A stretch of 64,000 nt of DNA from Bdellovibrionales bacterium. Its GTDB lineage: Bacteria; Bdellovibrionota; Bdellovibrionia; Bdellovibrionales; JAGQZY01. The notes beneath the pieces are model-generated. The model did not search any database. It was not told the DNA's origin and saw only the letters and a program-made list of their open reading frames with translations. The position numbers were made by a program, and so were the translations under genes. Numbering within the stretch: the stretch's first letter is position 1; each line of letters begins with the position of its first letter. The DNA lies in contig CAXRHT010000002.1 in NCBI GenBank assembly GCA_964230645.1, positions 1,312,001 to 1,376,000 of the forward strand. The letters run 5' to 3'. Positions 9,757 through 19,654 of the stretch are shown one piece after another.

Positions 9757-11424
9757 TTAAAAAACATTTTGGCAACGGGCACCGCCACCAGAAATAAGGT
9801 ATTCCGCCAAAGCCATGCGGCCAATCTCAGCGAGAAGTTCCGGTTGATTTTGAGCTTGCTGCATTTCGCTTACAAACGTGGAATCCACTGGGTAAACTTC
9901 CATAAGCTTTGTTAGCAAGGCTTCACTGGAGAGTTCTTGACTGAGAACTTTCTCAAGCCAAAGTTTTCTTCTTTCAAAATCGATGCTCGAGTCACTAAAG
10001 ACTTGATCAACTAAAACCGCTGTCGCCTCTTGATGGCCCATTTCTAGGATCTCTACAGTCCATTCAGTGATAATCAATTCTTTGAGAGTTGCGTTTTTCA
10101 TTGCTCGTTGCAGGAAAAAGCTTAGGTCTCGAGTTTGCACACGTTGATCAGCTAAACCGGACTTTATGTCTTCATATATTTTCTTTTGAAGCTCCAAAGC
10201 ACTTTCGCTTTGCGAGTGATAAAGAGCATCGAAACCTACCACATCACGCAGAATGGATCTTCGTTCAAGGGGGCTAAGCTCATTCATCCAATCAAACCAC
10301 TTGGGGTTTTGTAGGACGTAGGAATAGGTGAGAGCATTTTTTATTTCAAATGTTCTTGGATAGGGGGAGCCTTTCTGAAAAGCAAATTCAATCACCGGCA
10401 TCGTCCATGACTTAACTTGTGTGCTGTGGACCGCCTGATAGAACACACTACGGTATTCATGGGAGTAATGAAGAAGTTGCTCTAATAATGGTAGTCCCTG
10501 GTCATCTTCGATAGAAAAGGAATCGGGAGTTGAAATATCAAGAACAGGGACGAATTCTTTAGCAATGGCAGGCTTTCTTGAGAGCCACTGAACAACCACT
10601 TGAGTTCCTGTGACACTATCCATGGCTCGTAAAAGTTTGCCCAGTAAATTTAACTGAGTCTGTTTCCAATCCGAAAATGGGATATTCTCCAAGGCCCAAT
10701 GAACTACCAGATTGAACGGAAGAGCCGTTTTATTCAGACCGAGATTTTGTTTCTGAGACAATACCTCTTGCACGAAAAGAAATTTCGCATCCCTATCAAC
10801 AGAGGAGAGTATTTTTCCAGTAATATTATCAAAGAATGACTTTTTCGAATAGCCTTGCAATTTTGGTGAACGATACAACTGTAAAAGTTGCCAAGCTCGG
10901 TGCCTTTTCTCGGGCTCTTTTGACGCAAAATTATCTGTCATTTCACTGAGCCAAAGAAGACTTTGCTCCCTGGAAAAATGTTTCCAATCCGATCTTCCTA
11001 AGTCAAAATTCGAAAGGTACTTGGCAAAACCATTTTTCTCCATGTAATCCAGTGCCACCTCCGAGTTATCAAATTGCAAGAAAGTGAGCCCTATTAACTC
11101 CTTAAGAGGAAGTTGATACTCTGGTTTAGTGGAAACCTCCAAAGCAAACCAAGCCTTTAAAAGCTCTTTATCAAGAAGTAACCCCGGATTGTCTTTAACC
11201 AGTTCAACAAATGAATCCGCGTGCACAGACCTTGCGTAGGCAAAGCCCTGGGTGTCCGTTTGAAACTGAGAGGTGGAAAGCCCTGTTGTCGCCATAAGAG
11301 CCATTTCATTGGATTTAACTTCATCCAATAAACCCTGAGCCTTGACAGAGGCATCCTGCGCAATCGCAAGGCTAGAGCCAAAAAAACAAAGCAAGAAGGC
11401 AAAACGAGCCAATGAAGATTTCAT
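9757..11424 (-). CDS. Secreted alpha-helical hypothetical protein
   Basis: ATG 11424 behind AAAGGTGG; Sec signal MKSSLARFAFLLCFFGSSLAIA; ends GGGARCQNVF. Confidence 0.75.
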   Translation of the reverse strand: MKSSLARFAFLLCFFGSSLAIAQDASVKAQGLLDEVKSNEMALMATTGLSTSQFQTDTQGFAYARSVHADSFVELVKDNPGLLLDKELLKAWFALEVSTKPEYQLPLKELIGLTFLQFDNSEVALDYMEKNGFAKYLSNFDLGRSDWKHFSREQSLLWLSEMTDNFASKEPEKRHRAWQLLQLYRSPKLQGYSKKSFFDNITGKILSSVDRDAKFLFVQEVLSQKQNLGLNKTALPFNLVVHWALENIPFSDWKQTQLNLLGKLLRAMDSVTGTQVVVQWLSRKPAIAKEFVPVLDISTPDSFSIEDDQGLPLLEQLLHYSHEYRSVFYQAVHSTQVKSWTMPVIEFAFQKGSPYPRTFEIKNALTYSYVLQNPKWFDWMNELSPLERRSILRDVVGFDALYHSQSESALELQKKIYEDIKSGLADQRVQTRDLSFFLQRAMKNATLKELIITEWTVEILEMGHQEATAVLVDQVFSDSSIDFERRKLWLEKVLSQELSSEALLTKLMEVYPVDSTFVSEMQQAQNQPELLAEIGRMALAEYLISGGGARCQNVF

Positions 11425-11576
11425 GTTTTCCACCTTTGAAAACCCCACAATAGCGGAAAAGGCTAGAATCACCCATAAATATCCCCTGAGGGTGAAATAT
11501 ATTTAGACATATCAAAGCTTTAGACACCCTCCCCTATCTCTCTTCCAACTTTTGGAGTTCCGCTCAGGCTCCCACA

Positions 11577-11605
11577 GGTCCTTCGACTTCGCCTCGGGAC
11601 GACAT
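11577..11605. repeat. Degenerate half-copy of the TGTC-tagged REP-like element
   Basis: GGTCCTTCGACTTCGCCTCGGGACGACA resembles the arm GATCCTTCGCTACGCTCAGGATGACA; lies just past the cytochrome b stop. Confidence 0.4.
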
Positions 11606-11646
11606 TGAAGTCAGAAAGATGCCTAACATTCTTAGAAAATTATTGG

Positions 11647-12069
11647 CTATTGTCGTCTGCCAGAAATCATCACCATCCAGGTTTTTCGTCGATGTATCCA
11701 AGCATCCGTAAAAATGCCCACAAGATGAAGGCTCACCAGGAAAAGAAGGGTATTCGAAGTGTAGTAATGAAGAGTTTCGAGCTTTTGGTTACCAAAAAAT
11801 TGATCCATTTCCATCATATAGCCACTGCCACCTAAAACTCCGATGCAGGCCCAAATAGACCAGTAAACGTACTCAGCTTTAGGATTGTAGTGATCAAAAT
11901 TTAGTTTTTTAGCTAAGAGAACTCTTATTAAAACTAAGCTCACAGCCGTGTAGCCTAGATAACGGTGAGTGAGACTCCCCGTTTCTAAAATGAATGCGTT
12001 TAAAAGAACAGAGAGTGCCACTCCCCAATGAATGAAGCGTACGACGAAACCGTTCTTTTTTTTAGACAT
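11647..12069 (-). CDS. Small diheme cytochrome b (b561 / Ni-hydrogenase cytochrome b-like)
   Basis: Four TM helices with His ligands FIHWG, LTHRYLGY, TLHYY and SLHLVG; C-terminal MISGR. Confidence 0.85.
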   Translation of the reverse strand: MSKKKNGFVVRFIHWGVALSVLLNAFILETGSLTHRYLGYTAVSLVLIRVLLAKKLNFDHYNPKAEYVYWSIWACIGVLGGSGYMMEMDQFFGNQKLETLHYYTSNTLLFLVSLHLVGIFTDAWIHRRKTWMVMISGRRQ

Positions 12070-12365
12070 CAGTGCTTCTCGCTTTTAACCACGTCTCCAG
12101 AAACAGGGTTAAAGTAAATCTCGACCTTATTTTTATCCTTGTCCCAGCCGTAGATTTCGTAACAATTGCCACTAGTCACTTTAAACTCGTTAATTTTATA
12201 ACCTTGATCTTTTAGATTCTGTTTAAATTCGGCCTGGTCTTTCCATTGGCTCTTTGGCTCAGTGGTACATTTAGTTTCGTTCTTGGTGCAGGCCACACAC
12301 AAAAGGCTCAATAAAAAAATAGATACAAAGTTTTTCAAAACAAACTCCTTGTTAAAGACCTTCAA
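12069..12365 (-). CDS. PepSY_2-domain small exported protein (possible lipoprotein)
   Basis: CTTEPKSQW...LKDQGYKINEFKVTSGNCYEIYGWDKDKNKVEIYFNPVSG; TGATG overlap with the cytochrome b gene. Confidence 0.85.
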   Translation of the reverse strand: MKVFNKEFVLKNFVSIFLLSLLCVACTKNETKCTTEPKSQWKDQAEFKQNLKDQGYKINEFKVTSGNCYEIYGWDKDKNKVEIYFNPVSGDVVKSEKH

Positions 12366-12915
12366 GCAAAAATTTGAAAGCCAAGGTTAATAAAACGATC
12401 GATCCAATAAGGTTAAATATAGGACCCATCTTCTCTGATGCCACTTTCGCTAGCTGCATTCCCAGAATCGTGGAGAAAAAAGCCCACAATCCGATAGAGA
12501 CCACAAAGGGTGCTAGCGGCTTGTTGGCCGCGCCAAGACTCACACCGACAGCAAAGGCATCTAAACTCGTAGCAAAAGAAACTATTAGAATCTTGAAGAA
12601 ACTATGAAATTCTTTTGAACTCTGATTCTCATCATCTTTAGTCGTTAATTCGCTGTAACCCTCAAAAGCCATGTGAGCCGACACGCTGGCCAGGAGCACG
12701 AAAGAAATCCAGTGATCAATAGAGTCAAATCGGGCCACGATTTGTGCTCCCGCCATGGCCCCCAGAAAGGTCACAAGAGCTTCTGCTCCTCCCGAAGAAA
12801 AGGCAAATTTCAAACTGTCCTTGAAATTATGGGAGCGTGATCCCAAAGCAAGGGCCGCCGAGAAGGAATCTGCACTTAAAACTAAGCCCACTACTAAAAC
12901 TTCAACCAAAATCAT
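12352..12915 (-). CDS. mntP: Manganese efflux pump MntP family
   Basis: Two LSADSF / TSLDAFAVG repeats, DHWISFVLL and six TM helices. Confidence 0.85.
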   Translation of the reverse strand: MILVEVLVVGLVLSADSFSAALALGSRSHNFKDSLKFAFSSGGAEALVTFLGAMAGAQIVARFDSIDHWISFVLLASVSAHMAFEGYSELTTKDDENQSSKEFHSFFKILIVSFATSLDAFAVGVSLGAANKPLAPFVVSIGLWAFFSTILGMQLAKVASEKMGPIFNLIGSIVLLTLAFKFLLEGL

Positions 12916-12955
12916 GGTTCAAACCTCAAACTCACAAAGGAAAACGTCAATGGTT

Positions 12956-15952
12956 TTATGGCGCGTCTTGTACGAATATTTTTTCATCAAAGGGATAGGC
13001 TGCCACCCACTTTGTGGGACCTTGCCAATTTAAATATTTGTGCAAGGCCTGGGAATATTCAGCGATTTGTTTGAAGGCTTCATCTTTGTAGCGTGAATCC
13101 CCCGTCTTGTAATCTACAACCCAAAGGGTGTCTTGAGCGATACCCCACAAGTCGATTCTTTTTTCTTCCATTTCACCATTTTTCTCCCACTGGTAACCCC
13201 ATTCCACATGTCCCTTTGAGATAATTTCTTTAAACGGGACCTCTTTTTGGGAGAGTACAAATTCAATAGCACTCGCTAGGTCTTGTTTTTTCTCGGGAAG
13301 CCATGACTCACCAAGCTCAATAACAACTTTAGGTTCGAAAGTTTTTAGGGACTCAAATATTTTATGAAGTACCACCCCTTGTCGCCTTCTTTTTTGATCT
13401 TGTTGCAATTGCTCCCAATTATCAGGTGGCCTGCGTGAGGTGGAGCGAGATTCTTGCAAGTTTTTCTGGCTTTTCCGTGAAACGCTTTTATCCCAAGGTT
13501 GGCGAACCTTTTCATCAGTGCTCTCGGACTGGTAGAAAACCTCTTCAACCCCTTCAATGTCTTGCCAATCCATATAGTCTTTTTGGGCTAGCAAATCCTG
13601 CTGATGGGTTAGGAGCTCCCCCCAGGATTTTGCCTTTACCTTTTCTTTGAAACTCAAAAAAAGCTTCTCTCGAGCTCTGGTCATAGCGACATAAAGAACT
13701 CTTAAGGACTCCTCTTGCTCCCTTTTTTTCATCTCAACAATATTGTGAAACTCCAAGATGTCCCCAAGAAATTCATTTTGATTTAAGATCGGAAGTCTAA
13801 AACTCCATTGATTTTTGGCTTCCCAATAGTTGAAATGACTAAATGTTGTTTCATTGGGTCTTGAATGCAAAAAGGGAAGAAAGACATAGTCAAACTGCAG
13901 GCCCTTAGAAGAATGGACCGTCATTAAATTAATCTTATTAGGTTCCACCGGAGAATGAGCGTCTGAAGCATCTCCAAGGTCCTCCAATTGAGTTGAGCGA
14001 AAACCCTCATTGATAAATTGGATAAGACTAGCGCCTGGCTCCCTGGCTTTCTTTTCGATGATGTTTATAAGCTTCCACAGGTTAGCCTCTCGCCTTCCAG
14101 TGGGATCAAGCTTTGAACTGTAATCAATGACTCCCAAATCAATTAGGCTTTGCCTAAAAACCCAGGCCACGCCCGCTTCGTGGATAGCCCATCGGGCTTT
14201 TAAAAGCCAATGACCAGGATGCTCCAAACTCTGCGTCTTAAAATATTCTTTAAAGTTTTCCCAAAAATTCGCTTTTTTCGCACCAATGACATCCACGATC
14301 TCAGCATCACTCATCGCGAGCCAAGGCGAGCGCAATAGAATCAATAAATTTTTGTCATCCCAAGGATTGATTAAAAACTTGAGAAGACTCAAAGCATCTA
14401 AAATTTCACGACGCTGATAAAAGTTTGAAGATGCATGGGAAATAACCGGAAAGCCATGAGCCATTAGATATTTTTGCAGCTGCTCGAGCTCTTTCTTCGT
14501 ACGAGTCAGAACACCGATATCCTTCGGACTGACACCTTTTTCGAATAGTTCATTGATTTGAAAACAAAGATTTCTAATTTCACCATTACTTTCTTTTTCA
14601 TCCCCCGTGTCGACACGGACAACAACAGAGGCCTCCCCTTCTAGAGGCTCCCTATGGGCCTCCATGGCCGAAAATGCTTCTGAAACACTGGGAAAAAAGT
14701 CATTGAAAAAAGATAGGAGGTTTTCTTGAGAGCGACGATTCAATTTTCTAAAATCAAACTGCCCTCCCTCGTTTTCTACTTTTTGCTTTTTATTAAAAAA
14801 GACCTCGCTACGAGAGCCCCTAAAGAGATATATGGATTGTTGCGGATCGCCCACCATATACTGGGAGGTTTGACCCATCATCGCCTCTAAAATCTCCAAT
14901 TGGAGGGGACTAGTGTCTTGAAACTCATCAATAAACCAAGAGTCAATTTCTTGTGCGAACTTTTCAATAAGCTCTGGTTTTTCTTTTAGGGCTTTAAAGG
15001 AAAAAAACTCAAGATCATTGGCTTCAAGAGAAGACTCTTTAACTTTCTTATCCATGAGGGCTGCGATAAACTCTTTTCCAAATTCATTAAAAACTTTATA
15101 GAACTCAATGGATCGCTCCCATTGAGTGGAGCTATACTCTTCACTGCCATACCATTTTTTTAGAATGTCTTTGAACTTTTTGAAATCCTTGTCAGTCTCC
15201 TTACTCCATGGAGTATTCTTACTACTCTTTACTGGTTTTTTTGAAGCTCCAAATGCTTCATAAACCTGACCTCTGAGTTCTTCCCATGGGACTCCTGATT
15301 GCAGAAGTTTATTGACACCCTCAAGCTGCTCTAAATATATTTCCCAACCAGGTCCACTCGTTTCAGCGCGAGCTTTTTCCATGATCTCTTGTAAATTTTC
15401 ACTCATCTCTTCGTTCAAGATCTGGTAGAGATCTTCAAAGTCCTGAGTACTTCGAATAGGCTGAGCCGTCCCTGTCCAATAAGCTTTCTCGTAGAGCTTC
15501 AAATGAGCCAAAAGTTGGCTAAAATTAAAAGCATTCAAAATATGGCCCGAGGGAAACGCTGAAATCATTTCTTTTAAAGTTTGTTTGCGCCAAAAATCGG
15601 CTGTCAGGCTATCCACCACCTTAAATTGATTGGGAAGACCAAGAGGCTGCCCGTAACGACTTAAAAAAAGATTAAAAAGACCGTGCATGGTGGTAATGGT
15701 TAAAAAACTGGTCGACTTGGTAAATTCCAGTGCTTCTCTTTTCTCTTCTAAGCAGTAGACAAGGAGTCTTTCTTTGAGTTCTTGAGTGGCCTTCCTCGTA
15801 AAGGTTGTCATCACCGTGCGTGGCCACTGACCTGTTTCTTTTTTGTGGTCAAGAGCCACTTCGATCACTTTGCGGGTCAGGCCATGGGTTTTCCCGGCCC
15901 CCGCACCGGCTCTAATAAACTCGTTTATAGATTGAGGCTGGGGTTCCGACAT
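12956..15952 (-). CDS. addA: AddA-type UvrD helicase/nuclease
   Basis: AGAGAGKT, TFTRKAT, IDEFQDTS, VGDPQQSIYLFRG, MTVHSSKGLQF, LYVAMTRA and C-terminal nuclease RIDL...VDYKTG. Confidence 0.92.
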   Translation of the reverse strand: MSEPQPQSINEFIRAGAGAGKTHGLTRKVIEVALDHKKETGQWPRTVMTTFTRKATQELKERLLVYCLEEKREALEFTKSTSFLTITTMHGLFNLFLSRYGQPLGLPNQFKVVDSLTADFWRKQTLKEMISAFPSGHILNAFNFSQLLAHLKLYEKAYWTGTAQPIRSTQDFEDLYQILNEEMSENLQEIMEKARAETSGPGWEIYLEQLEGVNKLLQSGVPWEELRGQVYEAFGASKKPVKSSKNTPWSKETDKDFKKFKDILKKWYGSEEYSSTQWERSIEFYKVFNEFGKEFIAALMDKKVKESSLEANDLEFFSFKALKEKPELIEKFAQEIDSWFIDEFQDTSPLQLEILEAMMGQTSQYMVGDPQQSIYLFRGSRSEVFFNKKQKVENEGGQFDFRKLNRRSQENLLSFFNDFFPSVSEAFSAMEAHREPLEGEASVVVRVDTGDEKESNGEIRNLCFQINELFEKGVSPKDIGVLTRTKKELEQLQKYLMAHGFPVISHASSNFYQRREILDALSLLKFLINPWDDKNLLILLRSPWLAMSDAEIVDVIGAKKANFWENFKEYFKTQSLEHPGHWLLKARWAIHEAGVAWVFRQSLIDLGVIDYSSKLDPTGRREANLWKLINIIEKKAREPGASLIQFINEGFRSTQLEDLGDASDAHSPVEPNKINLMTVHSSKGLQFDYVFLPFLHSRPNETTFSHFNYWEAKNQWSFRLPILNQNEFLGDILEFHNIVEMKKREQEESLRVLYVAMTRAREKLFLSFKEKVKAKSWGELLTHQQDLLAQKDYMDWQDIEGVEEVFYQSESTDEKVRQPWDKSVSRKSQKNLQESRSTSRRPPDNWEQLQQDQKRRRQGVVLHKIFESLKTFEPKVVIELGESWLPEKKQDLASAIEFVLSQKEVPFKEIISKGHVEWGYQWEKNGEMEEKRIDLWGIAQDTLWVVDYKTGDSRYKDEAFKQIAEYSQALHKYLNWQGPTKWVAAYPFDEKIFVQDAP

Positions 15953-18630
15953 AATTGATTCCAATCACATTTGCTGCAAAGTTTTTCATCTTCAGGCTGG
16001 GGTTCAATTCTTCCGGCTTGAAGTTCTTCGTAAATTCTTACTAACTCCTCTTCGGCTTGCGTAAACAGCCTCTCTTTATCTTCCTCAGAGATCTTTCCTT
16101 TTTTAGGAAGAAACTCATCGCTCGTTTCTTTCGTGGCAAATCCATAGTTGCGACTCATGTCTTTAAGAACGTAGTAAAAGGCCCCCACAATCTTCTTAGG
16201 ACCAGATTGCAAAACGCCGGCTTCCGTAGCCATAGCATAAAGAATCAGCTGTAGATTGCCTTTTTCAACCCAGGACTTGTACTGACTAATCGAGCCGGCC
16301 GAAGACTTGTAGTCAATGATGACATACTGGCCTCTATCGTCACAGTCGATACGATCGATCTCTCCATTGAAAGCGACTCCCTCCTCGCTTCCCCACTGTA
16401 ACTTGCCATCTTTGACTGAAACATGGGTCCTTATACTCTCTTCAGTAAACGCAGTGGTTGTTTCAGGAAAATCTTGCCGCCATTGACGCTCTTTTTTTAA
16501 AAAATCTTGAGTGCACTTAATATAATAGGGCTTGAGAAATTTCCAGACAGGATCACTGTAAACCACCATCTTAATCTCATCACGGCAACGGTCTAATAGT
16601 TTATCGATTTCTATTTCACTTAAGGCCCAAAGTTTTTGGTCCACGATTTTCTCGCAAACCTTATGCATGAGTCGTCCTTTAGAAAAATGATCAATATCCA
16701 AATCTAATTCCGGTTCTGACCTCAAATGAAGTCCTTTGGCTGCGAAATACTTGAACGGACATTTAAAAAATTCGCTCACTGAAGAGGCTGACAACCGAAA
16801 CTTTTTATAGGGAAGATTTTCAAGATTTTCTAAGCCCAAATCCTGCTGCACCCTTAGTATTCTTCGCTCTTGGAGATCGTCATCAAGAACACTCTCACAA
16901 TCGGGGTTATTGAGCATCAGTTCATCCCAACGAGTCTTCCTCGGAGACTCAAGCTCGAACTTGGGATTCTCCTCAATGGCTCCTTCAAGCCAAAAGAAAG
17001 ACGGAGCCTGAAACTGTCCAAAGAAATCGGTTTCGCTATAGCAATAAAGAATTTCAGAAAGATCTTTTCTCTGTAACCATTCCAAGCGATCAAGAATAAT
17101 CAAGCGATCCGTATGGGGAAGGTTGAACCCAAAATTCATCTTTATCGATTCAATATCAGTCCAATGAAGGGAGGTGTTGAAAGTCTCTAGTGTATTTTCC
17201 TCATTGAGACCGAGAATGACCAGCTTTTCAAATTTTTGGTTTTGAGCTCCCAGGAGTGAAGTGACTGTGACGCCCTCTTCGTGGCTCAACAGTAGTTTTT
17301 TCTCCGTTCGTGAAAACAAGTTCTGAAAAAAGTCCACCCACTGTTCCCGAGTGAGCTTTTCATTTAACAAAAAGACTTCATCAAGAGATGAGACAATTTC
17401 TTCAAAAAGGGAAATATCGTTTTTAGGAAAGAAGGGATAAGACCATTTTAAAAACTCTTGCAACTCCAACCACTCATCAGCGCCCTTTTCTTCAGGGATC
17501 TCAGCCCGCACGTCCTCGTGTCTTTGGTAATCTTTGACATCGTAGATATTTGAAAACAAGGATTGAAACTTTTGAAACTCAAGTGGTGGTAGGTCCTCTT
17601 TAGAAAAGACGAGATTCTCGCCGTCTCCTGACTGAATTTCTGTAAGCGCTAGGCGCAGCTTTGATAACCAAAACTGCACACCCGGAAGTTGAGAAATAGG
17701 GGTGACTGTCTTTTTTAAAACAGGAATCCCCTCCACCACAAAATGCTCATAAAGAGTGGGCCAATAGTTTTCGATCTGAGGCGAGACGATGGCTATTTGA
17801 TTTACATCGACGCCCTTTTCTAGCCACTCCCGTATTTGGCCCACACATTCTTTCACCTCAGAGAGCATGGAAGGTAATTTTTTAAACACTTTTTGGGAAT
17901 CAATTGGTTGCGACTCTAGTCTTTCAGGAGAACAGCGGTCTAGGAGCATTTGATAACTTTCTTTTTCGCTGTAAAGCTCAGGCACAACCACGTGAACCTC
18001 GTTAAAGCGGCTCAGCTCATGAATGAGTTCACTTTCGATGTCATCAAGTTCTAAACTCAAATCAAAAACAATGGGACGCTTTTCCTCCCACTCCGACTCA
18101 TGGTTGAGCAAAATTCCTTTCATCCACTCCAGAGGAATCACCTTGTGTTCAGAGAAACGACGCCACAGCGAACGCCCTAAAAGATACCAATGCTGCCAGC
18201 GATCCTTCGCATCGGGCTTTTCTTGAAACCACTCCTCCAATGCTTCTTCTCCGTGGGAATGACACAACAAAGGGAGAATCTGACCAATGGTTTGATAAGC
18301 TCTTTGGAAGTCTTTTGAGTTAAGGCTGAGATCTTCTTCCAAGATGATTTCTCTCATCCATTTCTCGATCAGGTACTGGGATATATGAGGAGACAGGGGC
18401 TTCCACCGGGGGTCAATTGTAACCAACTGCTTCTGCCAGTACTCACTGGCTCTTAAAATATGGTCACTACATATCAAGGGATTTTGGTGTTTTCTCAAAA
18501 AGGATTGCATCCAAAACTTGGCCTGTAGATCATCCACAATCCAAAGGGGGTTAAGAGTCATTAACTCTTTAAACAGCTCCGGTTTTTGATCAGAATTTTG
18601 GGCAATATAACACTTCAGCATGAGACCCAT
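15925..18630 (-). CDS. addB: AddB-type PD-(D/E)XK nuclease subunit with Fe-S staple
   Basis: LSASS...KCPFKYF, GEIDRID...IIDYKS and terminal CSKCDWNQLC; overlaps addA. Start uncertain (18630, 18621 or 18693). Confidence 0.88.
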   Translation of the reverse strand: MGLMLKCYIAQNSDQKPELFKELMTLNPLWIVDDLQAKFWMQSFLRKHQNPLICSDHILRASEYWQKQLVTIDPRWKPLSPHISQYLIEKWMREIILEEDLSLNSKDFQRAYQTIGQILPLLCHSHGEEALEEWFQEKPDAKDRWQHWYLLGRSLWRRFSEHKVIPLEWMKGILLNHESEWEEKRPIVFDLSLELDDIESELIHELSRFNEVHVVVPELYSEKESYQMLLDRCSPERLESQPIDSQKVFKKLPSMLSEVKECVGQIREWLEKGVDVNQIAIVSPQIENYWPTLYEHFVVEGIPVLKKTVTPISQLPGVQFWLSKLRLALTEIQSGDGENLVFSKEDLPPLEFQKFQSLFSNIYDVKDYQRHEDVRAEIPEEKGADEWLELQEFLKWSYPFFPKNDISLFEEIVSSLDEVFLLNEKLTREQWVDFFQNLFSRTEKKLLLSHEEGVTVTSLLGAQNQKFEKLVILGLNEENTLETFNTSLHWTDIESIKMNFGFNLPHTDRLIILDRLEWLQRKDLSEILYCYSETDFFGQFQAPSFFWLEGAIEENPKFELESPRKTRWDELMLNNPDCESVLDDDLQERRILRVQQDLGLENLENLPYKKFRLSASSVSEFFKCPFKYFAAKGLHLRSEPELDLDIDHFSKGRLMHKVCEKIVDQKLWALSEIEIDKLLDRCRDEIKMVVYSDPVWKFLKPYYIKCTQDFLKKERQWRQDFPETTTAFTEESIRTHVSVKDGKLQWGSEEGVAFNGEIDRIDCDDRGQYVIIDYKSSAGSISQYKSWVEKGNLQLILYAMATEAGVLQSGPKKIVGAFYYVLKDMSRNYGFATKETSDEFLPKKGKISEEDKERLFTQAEEELVRIYEELQAGRIEPQPEDEKLCSKCDWNQLCRNPSLNL

Positions 18631-18729
18631 AAAGGTACCACAAGTTCGGCTTGAGCCTCCACTCCCCACTTGTGTGTCCCGCGTTACCCTCAAAGAGCCT
18701 ATACTTTTTCCATAAGAGCACAGAAGTGA

Positions 18730-18758
18730 TTGCTTCTTCCTCTCCCTCTGACTAACTT
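18730..18758 (+). promoter_or_regulatory. sigma70-type promoter positioned to give a leaderless mRNA
   Basis: TTGCTT-N17-TAACTT, then 6 nt to ATG 18765; no Shine-Dalgarno. Confidence 0.5.
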
Positions 18759-18764
18759 CGCAGC

Positions 18765-19268
18765 ATGGTAGAAATTATCCCTTATAATCCGAAGCTGAAA
18801 AAAGCCTTTTTCGACATCAATCACGAGTGGATTTCGAATATGTTCAAAGTGGAGCCTTTTGACCTCGAAGTGATTAGCCACCCTGAGGAGATGATCCTCG
18901 ACAAGGGAGGTTATATCTGGTTTGCCAATCATCCCGAACATGGCGTGATTGGAACCTGTGCTCTTCGCAAAACAGGGGAAGGGGAATTCGAACTGATCAA
19001 AATGGGAGTGCTTGAAAAGGCACGTGGCCTCAAAGCGGGTGAAACTCTCTTAAGGTTCGTGATTCAATTCGCGCGTCAAAGTCCCGATATCCAACTTTGT
19101 TTTCTTCTGACCAACTCCAATTGTAAGGCCGCTATTCATTTGTATGAGAAAAACGGATTTGAACATAGCGATGAGATAAAGCAGCGCTTTGGCCACCTTT
19201 ATGAGCGTTGTGATATCGCAATGAAATTAACCGAACGAACCTCGGTGGGTAGCCCAGAGCCATCTTGA
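18765..19268 (+). CDS. GNAT family N-acetyltransferase
   Basis: GTCAL...FELIKMGV..KARGLKAGETL...AAIHLYEKNGF acetyl-CoA-binding pattern. Confidence 0.9.
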   Translation: MVEIIPYNPKLKKAFFDINHEWISNMFKVEPFDLEVISHPEEMILDKGGYIWFANHPEHGVIGTCALRKTGEGEFELIKMGVLEKARGLKAGETLLRFVIQFARQSPDIQLCFLLTNSNCKAAIHLYEKNGFEHSDEIKQRFGHLYERCDIAMKLTERTSVGSPEPS

Positions 19269-19465
19269 GCAAAACGAGAGTCGTACTAAGCGTAGCGAGT
19301 GTCATCCTGAGCGCAGCAAGTGTCATCCTGAGCGCAGCGAAGGATCTTGGGTCTTTCGCTTTGCTCAAGACGACATGTTGTAGCCCAAGTGTCATCCTGA
19401 GCGCAGCGAAGGATCTTAGGTCTTTCGCTCCGCTCAAGACGACATGTGTTTGCTCAAGACGACAT
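19260..19465 (+). repeat. Cluster of TGTC-tagged REP-like palindromes (two full 55-bp dyads plus fragments)
   Basis: TGTCATCCTGAGCGCAGCGAAGGATCT-nn-GGTCTTTCGCTyyGCTCAAGACGACA at 19321-19375 and 19390-19444 (69-bp period), with partial copies on both sides. Confidence 0.9.
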
Positions 19466-19654
19466 ACTGATTTCTTTTAATAGGTATTATTACGGCTACT
19501 TATGCTATTGCTGTAATAGTTACCCAAGCCCCTCGGCTTCGGTAAAAAATCTTTTCACAACTCCCATCAATTGCACCCACTTCAGGCATAAGCCTGGACG
19601 ATGACTAGAGGAATTGCTCTATTAAGCCCTCAAGCAAACATTTTAGGGGGGGCC

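Noticed and set aside
19260..19465. Possible CRISPR array (also 24875-25058)
   Set aside because: Only two full 55-bp palindromic units with related 14-nt spacers, dispersed copies elsewhere and no cas genes.
19132..19480. ORFs 19132-19437(-) and 19265-19480(+) with VILSAAKDL repeats (likewise 39873-40206)
   Set aside because: They are translations of the REP-like repeat and have no independent coding evidence.
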